Shown here piece by piece: positions 36,871 to 50,067 of a stretch of DNA of 64,000 nt. The notes beneath the pieces were generated by a model. The model saw nothing but the letters and a program-made list of their open reading frames with translations, was not told where the DNA came from and did not search any database. The DNA lies in assembly GCA_035084275.1 (NCBI GenBank), contig CM068749.1, positions 18,042,001-18,106,000 on the forward strand, in the 5' to 3' direction. Both the position numbers and the translations under genes were made by a program. Numbering within the stretch: the first letter of the stretch is position 1; each line of letters begins with the position of its first letter. The DNA is from Hydrolagus colliei. Lineage: Eukaryota.

Positions 36871-37764
36871 TGATAATTCATCAGTGTAATGCAAACATTA
36901 CTATACCGCTCCGAGAGCCTGGTTTCTTATTGTTATCTATCGGGAACAAGCGTTTTTGCAACAAGTAATGAACAGATTGCCAATGATTATATCTCAAGAA
37001 ACATCACCATTCACAACTTTGTTCTATCTCTCAAAATAAATTTCCTTCTCATTGCTAAATACAAGAATGGATTGATTCTCGCAATTTTTAAACAATATTA
37101 GCAACTTAATTCTAATATGTGTTGAAAAAAATTCTAACCACAACAAAAACAAAATTACACTTGTATAGCGCCTTTATGACCAAACCTTCAGCCTTGCTTA
37201 AGGCGCAGTAACTTCATTTTATTTCCTCAATTCTACACTTACAGTCCAAAGAACAAATCATACTGCAATTGTGACTGCATTATTCACCGTTTCAGTATTT
37301 TAAACATACCTGTATAACAGGAATATGTATGCTGTCAGCAGTATTTTCACTGAACTCTTCAATTCTCTGTCTCTCAATGTAATTTAGTCTTAACTCCCAG
37401 AATCATCCGTGTCATTCATCTCTGAACTTTCTCCAAAAGCATCAATGTACTGTTGAATAAAAGGATATTTTCAACTGCATACAGCTACAATTTACTCAAG
37501 AGTGAAACGTCCAGCAGATGTAGGCCACTTTGATTAGCTTTGCTGGTACCTTTACACCTTTTCAGTAAATAGTCAACAATTACATCAACATCCATTTGCA
37601 TTTTCTATTCTTTCCTTAACTTATTTCTCAAATTAGTACGAAAGCAGCATATAGTCACTGTGTTTCCAATTATCACTACCTCCCTGTGGACAAATGGTTG
37701 AACTCTGCTCAGTAAATCTTCACAGATTATTTCTATCAATCTATATTTCTATTGAGTCTGTAAA

Positions 37765-38040
37765 AGGAGGAGATAAATTGAGGATTATCACCATGGGGAA
37801 GAGTGGAAGGGTTTTTTTTTGTACAGCAAGTTGTTAGAATATGGAATCCCTTAATCCAAACGGATGTTGAAGAAAACTCCATAATAATATACAAAATGGA
37901 ATTCAATAAATATATATTTTAAAAATAATATTCATGTGCATAGGAAAATAGATTGTGCATAGGAATGGGATTGGCATGGATTGCCCCTATGGGGGAATAA
38001 GTAGCAGCACAGGCATGATGGGCCAAATGGTCAATTTTTA
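37765..38040 (+). mobile_element. Old CR1 3' relic
   Basis: ataaattgaggattatcacca is shared with ~17887. Also gttgttagaatatggaat and gcacaggcatgatgggccaaatgg. Confidence 0.72.
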
Positions 38041-38874
38041 AGCCATATTTTTTCTAGTTTCATGAGATACAAATAAGGTTAACAGCAGATTAATTTACCA
38101 TTGACTTTTCCTGCATTTCGAATTAAATTCTAAGGCAATGTTCCGTAATTACTTTTCTCCTTTGCAAAACATGCTAAATGAGAAAGTTACAAGTCAGCAC
38201 AGTTTGGAATGCACATCTAATGACAATTAACAGAACATTTGAACAAAACATTCTTAAACAGATATGAAAACCCCACAGGAGTCTGACCTCAAACAGTTAA
38301 GCATATTTTAAGCTTACAAAACCTATTAAGCTTATAAAATCTGCTACTTTCTTTGAAGTGACTTCTTGTTGATTAGTTTCTTAGCAATTTTGTACTTGCT
38401 GAGATGAACTTAACCCCTGATTAGCTAACCTTTGTGCGTTGTTCTTGTTTCTTGAAGTAACATTTAAATATATTTGCCATATGGGCTCAGATTTTACCAT
38501 GACCAGCAGGAACAGTGTGGCCTTGCAAACCATTTGATCATCACTGCGAAATAGTTGGTGATGCAGCAGATAACCAGGTACAGCATTTGGACAAGGTCAC
38601 TATAACGCTACAGTATCTAGTTTATAACCCAAGTTCTGTTTCAAGCTTTCGATTCAAATAAGGACACTGATGTAAGGTACTACAGAGATACCAAGCATTA
38701 ATGATACCTGGGTGTAATTTGTACTGACTTAAATGTTGTAGGCTTGGAAGAGCATGAGAATTAGTGAATAGACAAGCAAAGGGTTGCTGTTTAACGTTCC
38801 CAGAAGAAGCACGTATAGATCCAATGGAATATGAAGTTCAGGATGTGCATTTTGCATTCTTATCGCCACAAAGT

Positions 38875-39217
38875 GGAGTCCTGTAGCACTTGCCTCGCAA
38901 GCAAGAGACCTGGCAGGGCAAAATGTTGGGTAAGGTTCCTTACTCTTCACACCTCTTTTATCTCGCAGTAAGTAGGTACCTGGTTCTTAGTCAACTGGTG
39001 GATCGCTTTTCCAGGGATAATAATTATTTTCAAATAAATAAATAATTGGTTACTTCAATTCACAATTGTTTGTGAAACGCTGCTGTGCGCAATAGGCTGC
39101 TGGGTTTCGCCCACAAAATATAGTCAATGCACTTTAAAAAATATTCTGTGAAGAGTTTTGAGACGTCTAGAAGACATGATACGGTATTATATCAAATGTA
39201 AGGACTACTATTATTAT
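38875..39217 (+). mobile_element. tRNA-derived SINE variant with extra internal segment and deleted A/B boxes
   Basis: ggagtcctgtagcacttgcctcgcaagcaagagacctggcagggc, an extra ~55 bp (ctcttttatctcgcagtaagtaggtacctggttcttagtcaactggtggatcgcttttccaggg) and the standard tail. Confidence 0.92.
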
Positions 39218-40729
39218 CTGTAATTAAGTGCAAGAAGATGCGCACAAATAACAATCTTTCTTCCCCACCCATCCATATACGGATACAGATATAATAATAA
39301 TGCCTGTAGCTAATAAATACAGACAAGCAGTTTTATTGTATAAGCCCTATCTGAGGCTCAAAGCATCAGTTTCTCTTTTTTAAAGTTAAGACATTCCACA
39401 ACAATCAAAGCCACATTAGTATGTCAGGCTGATTCTGTGACAACCAGCATGTCGCTATGCACCGTGCTGTGAAAGGGAAGCACTGACAAGGCTCTAGATA
39501 CAAGTACCCACAACTCTGTCAGGCAGTAGCCCTAATATGCAATGCAAAGGATCACCAGGAATTTTACAGCTGCAAATTGACTTGTTATGAGAAAGATTTC
39601 TTGCCAGAAGTCCATCGATGCCAGATATATTGCCAAAAATGACGGGGCAAGATTGTTTTACCCTCTCTCTTTTTTTTTGAATATTGCTTGTTCAATGTCA
39701 GTCCAGTTTATGTACCCTTTCTGTGGTCTAGTAGTTCTGAGGAATTAAATTTGATATGTGTCTCTTCTGTAGCTTTGCCTTTCGAAGAGGGTTTCTGTAT
39801 TCAGCAGGAAACCCAGTGTGAAACCAGATGTGTGGAGCATAGTGGGAAACCTAATTATTCCGAAGGTTTGTGTCTATTTTTCAGCCCAATTTCAAAATGG
39901 CAATCGAAAAGTTACTCTGGGAACTCATAATATGTCTGCCCAAATCCAATTCTCGCATCACTTTTTCTCAGAGTCTCAGTAACCATTTTATACAATACAT
40001 TTCCTTCAAACAGACGCCAGCAGCAGTGAACCATCGACGGGCTGACCAAAGATACATTTGCAGTTATACATTTTTTGTTATACATTTGCAGTACAAGGTT
40101 GTCATTTCATCTTTGAAACACACTTTCTGTTGTGCATCTCCCCCCTTCTTCTAAATAGCCGTCGGCTTGGAAATGAAGACTTAGATTGTTCCCAATGCAA
40201 CAGATGCCAACTTTACTTCCCGCGTTAATATTTTATTCGGAGTAACTGTTTTTTTCTCTCCTTTCTCGAAAAAGAGCCCTCAATGGCTTGCCTGATCTCA
40301 CTGCTCTCTTCCCCTGAGCTAGTTTGCACCATCACAAACTTACCAGTTACAAAGTTTTTTGCCAAATGTTTTGCCAACCTTGAATTCTCTCGGTGGATGT
40401 TATAAAAAGAATTCTGGATGCTAGTACACATAATAGCAACACTAAACCACAAATATATGTGGGTGTATCGTCTTCTTACTCTAAAGGTTGTGGGATATCA
40501 TGGTGGTGAGGGGTCGGGTGGGGGGATGACTTGACATATGATAATGATCACCATTAATAATTCCGACATACAAATTGTAATTTTAATTTCCATCCAACTT
40601 TGAGACTGAATCCAGGAAACCTCATCAGCGCTAGGTATCGCTGGGTGTGAGATTCAATGAAATCTTCTAGCATTAGGAACTTAACGGTACTTAACATCTC
40701 AGAGTTTTTGCCTCACCTCCAATTACATA

Positions 40730-40880
40730 GTCATGCACAATAAGCAATAACAATGGAATAATGTATCTTTAATCATTAATAATGAAATGTTAATGGCACT
40801 AAATCATACAATGATTTGTTCAACACTGAACCGCTAAGCCCTGCCGAGCTTCAGACTGTCACCAGCTACCAATATTTTAA
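40730..40880. promoter_or_regulatory. Candidate Sox/homeodomain CNE
   Basis: Three ACAAT Sox-type motifs and several TAAT sites in ~100 bp, followed by the CpG-containing ccgctaagccctgccgagc. Confidence 0.3.
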
Positions 40881-42586
40881 TAAATATTTTTTGAGAATTT
40901 GCGAAGCAAAAACACAATTATTTAACTAAAATTAATGAATTTAAAACATGGTTGTGTGATAAGATACTAGAAGAAACATTGCATGTTTTACGCTGTTAGT
41001 TTTTGCAAAGATTTAAAATACAGAACACAAAGACTCAAATGTGATTAATAGTCAAATATGTTCTCTTGAAAATAAGCAACAAATTATATCTTGTGTTTAC
41101 TATAAAACAGTAAGGATTATCTTTAGAGGATAAACATTCAATACAGGTAAATCAATTTTGTAAGCAGTCAATCCTGGTAGCAAATGAGTGACCTGAACTG
41201 TGAAGATACACTTCTTGGCACACAAATGTTTTTCCACAAAAGGGATTGCTGATCTGACCTGGGTAAAACAAAGATCCTAGTATCGGTAAAGAGGTCATTC
41301 ATGCTCGGAAATGTTACATGAACAACATAAATCTAGACCTAAGTGGATTTTTTCCACCAAGAAATGATAAAGCATGGATTTCAGTGGTCAAATGATTTGA
41401 AATCACTCACTTTATCAATCGTGATATTTTTCTTTAATGCACAATCTCATAAACTCAAATATACCTTTATACAACATTTTTCCTGTGTTGGGCTGATGTG
41501 AAAGTTTTTTATTGACAATTTTGATATATTCAATTCACTAAAGTACATTATAGATCTTGTATATAGCAATCGCAACTGTTACTTTGAAAAGGATGGTTAA
41601 TTTGTTAGTAAATATGTACAGGGTGGGATGAGGGTGGGGGGAGTAGTGGGGAGGGGGACGTGAGGCGAATTACTTTTGCATAGAGCATGGAGACATTTTA
41701 AAATAAATATCTGCCATAGATTAATTGTGGTCCACTCCCAAGGTAGCATCATTAAGGCTGCCATCAGCAGGGGAATCATTCTCAAGAATTCGGAAGAACT
41801 CGCTGAAGAAATAAAATGTGTTTACAATAAGCTTAACCCCATGCTTTATGTCGTGCACTGCAGGATTTCCCCATATTTTGTTCACTTTGAATGTTATTTT
41901 GTCAATGTGGCTTAACCTTTAAACACCTAACGTTATTTCTCTGCTGTATATCAAAAGTGTTCTTTAAAGTTCTTTAAAGTTGACACTTTCGTAAACTAAG
42001 AACCACCCAAGTAAACATTCAAACATGTTTAGGACTGGGTATGTGGATTTATATTTTACTGTTTGTATTTTAAGATATATAATTTAAGATATTGAATATT
42101 TAAAGTACTTTACGTTCAAACTTTTAAATTTAACTGGGCTATTTATAGAAATTAATGAAATATTGTATGCAGTTATTTTGATTAAAATCAGACAAAAACA
42201 TGGGACTGGGTATACAAAGCGCTTCACATACAACTGCACTAGGCTGTACCTATTTTAATTTTTTGTGCACTGACTTGAAAGGATTTTGTTGCAAGTTTGT
42301 ACTGTACTTTGTTGAAGAAGCTGGAAAAAAAAGCCTCCTCGGAAGGATTTGAATTAAACAGTCTTTCACCCTTTTAATATCACACAAGAGATTTTTCTGC
42401 ACTGATTCATTTAATTTAGTGGACACAGCAGTGTGGTCCATTGATTGTGGGCTAAACTTCTGAAGAGCCTGGTGTGCACCCCAGTTAAAACGTGGGAAGA
42501 GAGTAAAGTTGGATGTGAATTAATTTGATTCTGTACATAATTCTCCTTCAATGGGGTTCTGTGTTCCATTGCAAAGGCATGAAAAG

Positions 42587-42734
42587 NNNNNNNNNNNNNN
42601 NNNNNNNNNNNNNNNNNNNNNNNNNNNNNNNNNNNNNNNNNNNNNNNNNNNNNNNNNNNNNNNNNNNNNNNNNNNNNNNNNNNNNNNNNNNNNNNNNNNN
42701 NNNNNNNNNNNNNNNNNNNNNNNNNNNNNNNNNN
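42587..42734. other. Assembly gap (148 N)
   Basis: Run of N. Confidence 0.99.
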
Positions 42735-43172
42735 CCGTTACTACTAAAAAAGCTATCATAATGTGGCCCAAACAAAACAAAAAGGGCCAAATATTGCAGT
42801 CTGCAGTAAACATAAATACAAAATGTAGCAAATTGTATACTTTTACTTAGCTAGGATTTTTTAAAAATTGTAGAGTGAACATTCTAATTCGGAAATATCT
42901 TTCTGCTGTAAAATCCAAATGCAATAATTATTTGGAAGCTACTTTCGCACCAGCAAATTAAACATTCTACATGCATCGTTTAAAGCTAAGCTCAAGGACG
43001 ATTGCTCAGCATGAACATCACTTAATTCTACCCTCTTCTTTCTCCATCAATATTGGAAATGAATGACATGTGGACATTATAAATAAACAACAATTAGGTT
43101 AACCCTAATATGAAATATCTTTCACAGATTTTTTTTAATTTAATTTTTTTAAAATCAAACTTCAACGACCAC

Positions 43173-43304
43173 NNNNNNNNNNNNNNNNNNNNNNNNNNNN
43201 NNNNNNNNNNNNNNNNNNNNNNNNNNNNNNNNNNNNNNNNNNNNNNNNNNNNNNNNNNNNNNNNNNNNNNNNNNNNNNNNNNNNNNNNNNNNNNNNNNNN
43301 NNNN
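43173..43304. other. Assembly gap (132 N)
   Basis: Run of N. Confidence 0.99.
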
Positions 43305-45087
43305 ATTACTACAGTTACTGAACTGGAAAATGAACTGAGCAGCCCGGCGTTGGCCTTGCTCTCTTTTGAGTCCAAAGAGATGCTTACTTCAGGGTGTCTA
43401 CTTTTTGTTTAGCCCTCTGAATCACCAATGCGTTTGGCATCCCACACCTACAAAAAAAACGCATGTGTCCTACAACTTTACAAATATTTACAGGAGATGA
43501 TACACCACAATTCAGTAGAATAATTGCGACTCAGAAATATTAGGATAATTAATTTAAGATGGTCGGTCTCTTTTTACTTCCATATTCACACTGAACCACA
43601 CCACTGAAATATGCAAATGCGCAAGAGAGTTGTGTGGTCCCTACTTAAGACACTCACAGTTTTGCTTGTGGTCATATAGCAGCCTTGACTGCTTTTACAG
43701 TGAATGCGCAGCACAGTCAAAAGCACAAAAAGGTCCCCAAAAATAGCCTGAAAGAGTTCAAAGGAAATAAAAGAGAAAAGGCCTAATCTGGGATTTTTAT
43801 GTACACTGAAAAGAAGAATAAAATATAAGTTCACTAATGCAGGCTGTTATGGTAATGTTTCCCATATCAAAGCATTATGGTGCTGCAGAAAGACTGCTGA
43901 AAATTTTCTTATGCACCATATGCAAGTTAAGAAAAAAACGAACAATTTAGTGAGGCGGTGATTTTGTTATATGAACCATTGAATGCTCTTTTTGACAGAC
44001 TATTGAGTGAACAAGGAATTCAAAGTGTTTGAATTCGATCAAGTTTTCTGCCTGAATAGCCCCTAATCAGCTCCAAAGTATTGAGCACTACACTGTGTAG
44101 TGGCAACTCAAAACGCAACCAAAGATAAATAGGTTTTTCCTTTTCAGTCAGAGACAGCATTTCCAAAAAAAATAATTCGGTTTTCAGCTATAAAATTGAA
44201 CGATTTCTTCGAGTACTGACAGATTTTTGGCATATGCGGTAGATTTAAAAATATGTTCAACTGAAAGGAACCACTTCATTGTTTGTTGAGATCTGAGGGT
44301 ACCAATTAGCGCTCTGCTATTAACAAATTTGAAGGAGTACTGTTTTGTTTTCATCAGTAGGTAACAGTCTGAAAGTTCTATTTGTTAACAAGACAGCAAA
44401 GCAAGGAGATAACAAGCATGTAAGAGCATGTGACTAATTCAACTCTTCTCATTAAATCCGCCCAATAAAATGCACAATTTCAATCCGAAGAGAAAAAAAA
44501 ACCCAAAGACAATTACCTTTTTAAAATATACAGGCAGGTTTTCTAAGTTTTCTGCTTTTAATCAATAATCAAGTCCTTAAAATTGTTTGTCTTCCATAAC
44601 TAAAAACCCCGCCGCTGACTCCCCATAGCACATATGACAAGTCTGCCTTAACATCAACTATGAGTGGCCCTGAACAAAGATCTCAAGCTACTTTGCATGA
44701 CGTAATACAGCTGTGGCTCACTCAACATCACATCTTCAAAGTGGTCAATAGAGCTGATCATGAATAAGGTACACTCTTTGAACCCAATTCTATACCTGCT
44801 ATTAGCATTGATACCAGCATGACATTAAGAATTTTTCTATGCCATGATGTATTTTATGTTACAAACTTATACAACCTAGTGTTCACTTCTGTTCGAATGG
44901 ACCCTTGACTTTTGTAAATGAAGGAACATTAGCGCGCTATTTCCAGTGCACAGGTCTGTCTTGGGACACTTCTCAGTACTTTACATTTTAACATTTTAAT
45001 TATATTGAACCAAAAAAACCCAGATACCTTTTGGGAGATACTTTTATTGTAAATAATACTTTTGGGGTATGTTGTGCTCCCTCACTT

Positions 45088-45155
45088 TCAAGCACTCTGG
45101 GGCACTACCATAGTGTGTGGGGCACTATATAAATGCAAGTTGTTTTTGTTGTTGC
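45088..45155 (+). mobile_element. L2-type 3' tail
   Basis: aagcactctgggg...ggcactatataaatgcaagttgtttttgttgttg. Confidence 0.7.
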
Positions 45156-45489
45156 TATTGGGATGAGGTGTCAAGGTAAATGGAACACATTGCTGACTAT
45201 CAATTTAGGGCTCAGGCTATAGCAATGGTTGCTTTATTCTACCAGAAGCAATGTGGTTCATCACAAGAACCCCACTAATACCACAGTGACATTTTCCACG
45301 AAGCAGCATAAAAGCACCTGTAAAAGTAATTTCTGACTTGCTTGACGATTTTAACTTGGTCTCGAATCCACACTATTTAAATGCTCTGAATGTAACAACC
45401 TATTACACAAATTCATATTTTGTTGCACTAACCAATAAAAAATGTTTTCCCTAACTTCCTCAAATACAGTATTTTTCTACTAATTTTCT

Positions 45490-45660
45490 AGCGCTTTCAG
45501 TCACCTTTTTTCCCCTCCCCCTGGCTCAGGCCCAGGATCTGTTATTTAGAACCTCTCTGAGACGCCATCCCAGCGTGGAGGGCGCTATATAAATCCAAGT
45601 TGTTGTAGTAATTTTCCTCCTGACATGAAAGACGCTATATAAGTATAATTTTGTTGTGTT
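45490..45660 (+). mobile_element. L2 3' UTR plus a second tandem tail
   Basis: Homologous to 4760-4883 (gtcacctt...ggagggcgctatataaatccaagttgttg), then gacatgaaagacgctatataag. Confidence 0.75.
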
Positions 45661-47480
45661 TTTAATAGCTTTCTTTTGCCTCCTTTTGGCTTTACCAGCA
45701 TTTACTCTGCCGGTATCATTGGTAAGCCTTTAAGTGCACATTAATCATACAATCTGAAATTTGATTTGGACCAAACAAAAAGGCAGTGGTATAAAGGCAG
45801 TGAGCAGTGAGGTGATATATGCCAGTGTATATGCAAGCATGAAAGCCTGCTGCTAATATGGTGAGGAGTGCAGATCTGATCCTCTCAGTGCTGTATATCA
45901 AATACTCTGCTGCGGAGAAATGCCAAACAGAGGCCATTCACTTCCTAGGGGAGAGAGAGGGAAAACAAACCCCACTCATGGGACTTGCGATTCTTGTCCG
46001 GGTAACTATCGCACGCTTCCAAGCAGCAATCACAACATTACTGGTGAAGATCTTGGATCAGTTCCAGGGCTGTAATTCGTGAGTGACCCAGAAAGATAAG
46101 CAGGAGGATTCAACCTCATGAAAAAACTTGAGGTTGGGAGTGGGAGAGAGAATTCAATACAGCAATTGCCAAGAAATCTAAAACTTATATTTAAAATTGA
46201 GCAGTCTTGGTGATAGAAATGATAAGTACAAAATCATCTACCTATAAGCATGTAGGACCTACGTGAAGAAAAATTGAAAGAATTGTGAGTCTGATACGCT
46301 TAGTTCTGGATAATAACTTCCCAAAGGCAGCATTATATTTGATCTCATTTGCCTTGAGGGCAGAACACATTTGCTTTTTTCTATTTTGTCTCTATTCTAA
46401 TCAGGAAGAAAGAGGGGTCAGCTTGATGCTAGTTATCTACAAACGGAAATTAACTGTTCAAACATAATCCATTCACCTGCTTCGTTTTGGGTTAACTGGC
46501 ATATTCTGATCTGGCAATCACTCACTTGAATTATCAGTTTCAAAACCATTCTACATAAAACACTACAAGTACTATCAATATGGAACATTACACTATCAGA
46601 TTCTATTAGCTTACCTTTCCCAGTTTTTTAAGACTGCGGGTCTCCTTGTTACCCTCAGTCTTTCCTCCCTCACAATTGCACAAGCTTTTAAAGCCTTGAC
46701 GTCAACTAACTACTTTTGACTTCTCTTTTTTCCCTGCTTCTCTAATAGGTTACTGCACTGTGGGCCTCAGACTTTAACCTAGATTCAGCTGAATTTCAAA
46801 AGCATGAATTCAGAAGATTATCCAAGGCCGCTACCATACCTCATTCTGTTTTGTAGGAACATTAGTGCCAATGTAATCTATGATAAAAATGTAGTTTTTA
46901 GTCATAATTACCGAATGCAAAGCGCACATAAATAAATCAAAATATGAATAAAGGATGGAGATTTAAAAATGTTGTAAATCTGTTCATCACCTCATAATTG
47001 AATAGCTGGAATGCATATGGAATATCATACATTAACCTTTTCATGGTAAGGGATGAAGTTACATGGTGCTAATGGAGCAAAGACATAATGAATTATTAAA
47101 TAGATGTGAAATAACTTTCCGGTTTGATTATTGTAGCAGATTTTTGCTTCATTACATGTGAATGTTCCAAAATGAAACTCTTTTGTTGTTTGATCTTGTT
47201 CACAAAAAAATCACCTTATTGGAAAATGGTTTGTTAAGCATTACTGATGGATAGTTTTGTGAAATAAAAAGAGCAGCAACTTCAACAACAACAAAATTAC
47301 ATGAGATATTCACCTATAAGAGGGAGAATATATGATATTATATATGATCATTATTACCAGCTAATCAAACCATCCAATCCACATATTTCAGTAATAGTTC
47401 TCAGAGTAACCAATTTAATTCAATTGTTAAAAAAAAGCCACTGGTCCTGATGGCAACCTCAATCATTATGATTGTAATTA

Positions 47481-47688
47481 AATAATAATAATAATCCTTA
47501 CCTTTGATATGTCTTCTAAACGTCTCAAAATCCTTCACAGAATATACTGTAAAGTGAATGGACTGTATACTTGTGGGCGAAACGCGATAGCCAATTGCGC
47601 ACAGCAGTGTCACACAAACAATCGTGGATTGAATTGACCAATTTATTATTGCTTTTTTTTGAGGGATTATTGTCAGATTTATTATCAG
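47481..47688 (-). mobile_element. SINE 3' two-thirds, head missing
   Basis: (aat)n cctt...cttcacagaatatactgtaaagtgaa...gccaattgcgcacagcagtgtc. Confidence 0.92.
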
Positions 47689-47934
47689 GATTAGTATATA
47701 TAAATATAAGTAACATCAGGCCAGTCATTTTCATTCATTCGTGAGGAAGATTCGCATCAGGTGGACATCAACTGGAGCAGAATTATACATTATACATTAT
47801 ATATCACACTTTTCTTCCCTTAGTTACATTGAAGTCACCCCAACCTAAACGTGCACATCCCTTGACTGGAACAGGTCTCTTCAGTTTGGAAATATTCCCT
47901 GAAATTTGTGGCATACTTTGCTAAATCAATTGGG

Positions 47935-48087
47935 ATCTTGAGAAGGTGTTTGGGAGCAGGAACTGGATTCATTTTTTAAAAAAACAGTTAATGCTAATGG
48001 AGGGGACAGTAAGGTGTGTGTTCTGGAAGTAGGAGACTGCATGGGCTGAAGGGTCTTCTTCATCTAAACCAATCTTGTGATCTTGTT
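47935..48087 (+). mobile_element. CR1-type 3' relic
   Basis: ttttttaaaaaaacagttaatgct...atgggctgaagggtcttcttcatc...tcttgtgatcttg. Confidence 0.6.
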
Positions 48088-50067
48088 TCTGGCATTCAAA
48101 CCAAATGGAAGCCGTTAAAAAGTGTAATTAAAAGCTTTATGGCCAGAAATACCAATTTAAATTGAGTTAGGAGACACAGTCATCTACTTCTTCAGGTGCA
48201 AACAATACAATATTATTTGTTTAGTTTTTCACTAGACGTGGGTAGTAATGCTTCTGCATTAGGACCGCAAATCTGTCCAAACAGAAGTACATGTGATTGC
48301 TGAGATGTTTTCAAAGTAACCAAAGTTTCACAATATTCATGTTAACTCTCCAGAAATCAGAATATAGATGCCATGTTTCAATAACCACGGCATTTCATGG
48401 GAAGCAAACTCATTGTATTCTGTGCTGGATGTTGCAAAAATAATAACCGTTACATTTTTAACTGTATGACATGAACCCTAACACTCTCTACCATGCCGAA
48501 TTTATTTAAATCAAAAGCTTGTGGTGAGAACTTGTGCACTGCCCTGGTTCCAGATGGCAGATGCAGTCATGTGCTAATGCTCTGTTTGTGATCTCTCTTG
48601 TCAGAAAGTGTACTTTTGGCAGCCAGAACGCAATAATCTAATGTTCTAAATTCTGTCTTTTCTTTTTGTTTTGTTTACAATATCTCTGATATTCTCGGAC
48701 CGTGTATGAATTGCCTTGTCATTTTTCACAAAACAAAAACAATTGTCACAAATTAAGTGAGGAATCAAAAAATATTCTTCTAGGTTAATTGAAACCAAAA
48801 CAATCAGACACATAATGAACAGATTAATTTAAACCACAAGACAACCAATTTGCTACAATAGAATACATTTGCTTTATTTAGAAATCCATCAATTAATATA
48901 TATTTTCCAAAATGTACAGTTTTGCTTTGCTTGCAATGAAAGAAAGATTTACTTTAAAGCCAATCTGCTTTATTTGAACATAAAGGGAGAATTAAGTGAC
49001 TCAGTGCTCTTATGTTCTTTAAATCACAACCTCAGCTTTGAGAGAAATAACAGCTAAACTAATGATGGAGTACATCTTAAAAAGGCATTATTTCTCTCAG
49101 GATATCGCTAATTTCCTTTCTGTAATGTGATTATGTTTCTGTGGCAGGAGTCACAGGGAGAAAGGCCTGAAGAGAAGCTTATTCCTTCATTATCTTGAGA
49201 TAGAGATTAATATGGTGCATACACAGACAGGAGCTTGAGCTGGGTAAAATTGCCAAAGCTACTTAATCAGCTTTTAGAGGCAAAATACATTGTTTTACTG
49301 TTACCTTCATGTATCTTTTATTTAAAAGAACAATCCAAACAGTTTCAGATGTAAGTATTTCATGTTTCTTTTTTTGGATTCAGCTATTTAATTATGTCTA
49401 CCACAGAGCCAAGTATTTCAGAATAATAAACCCCCTGTGCAGAATAACTTCCAGTCTCATTTCATCATATAATTGGATCCATTTAATAAGTGACTACATA
49501 ATTGGTCATATAGTATGTCCTTAGGATTCAAGCAATTTTATTATCCCCTGCTTCCTCTTTTGCCATTCTTTTCATATAATCTGCTCTGCATCAGATTAAG
49601 GCTTCTCCAACGAGAAAAAAAAGGCCTTGATTATTTATAGAATAAAGATTTAAATAAGATTTAAATGTGTCTGCCTCTTGTGCATGACTTTTGGAAGATC
49701 TTGATGCTTCATTATTTATCACTAATTGTCTGTGGCATATATTTTATGCTTTAACACCTTTCCACACTGCAATTACCGATGTATTTTAATATAGCCATTA
49801 AAATATTGGATATCTCTTTATATCAGAGATGCAAAATTATTTAATACCACGTTCATTTTGCAGCATACTATCACTGGCAATGTATTTTCCATGTCTAATT
49901 TAGATTAGACATTGCAGTTATTATTACTGCCTGCCGGCATGCAATAATAATGATATATAATAAACAAATATGCCTTCAAATTCAGTTTAGTTTTAAATGA
50001 TGTGGACATTAATTCAGCATGGTATAATATTCCTTTATTGTAATATCTCCCAGATTTCTTGAAGCTT

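Noticed and set aside
42520-43412. ORFs spanning 42.5-43.4 kb
   Set aside because: Artefacts of translating through N runs.
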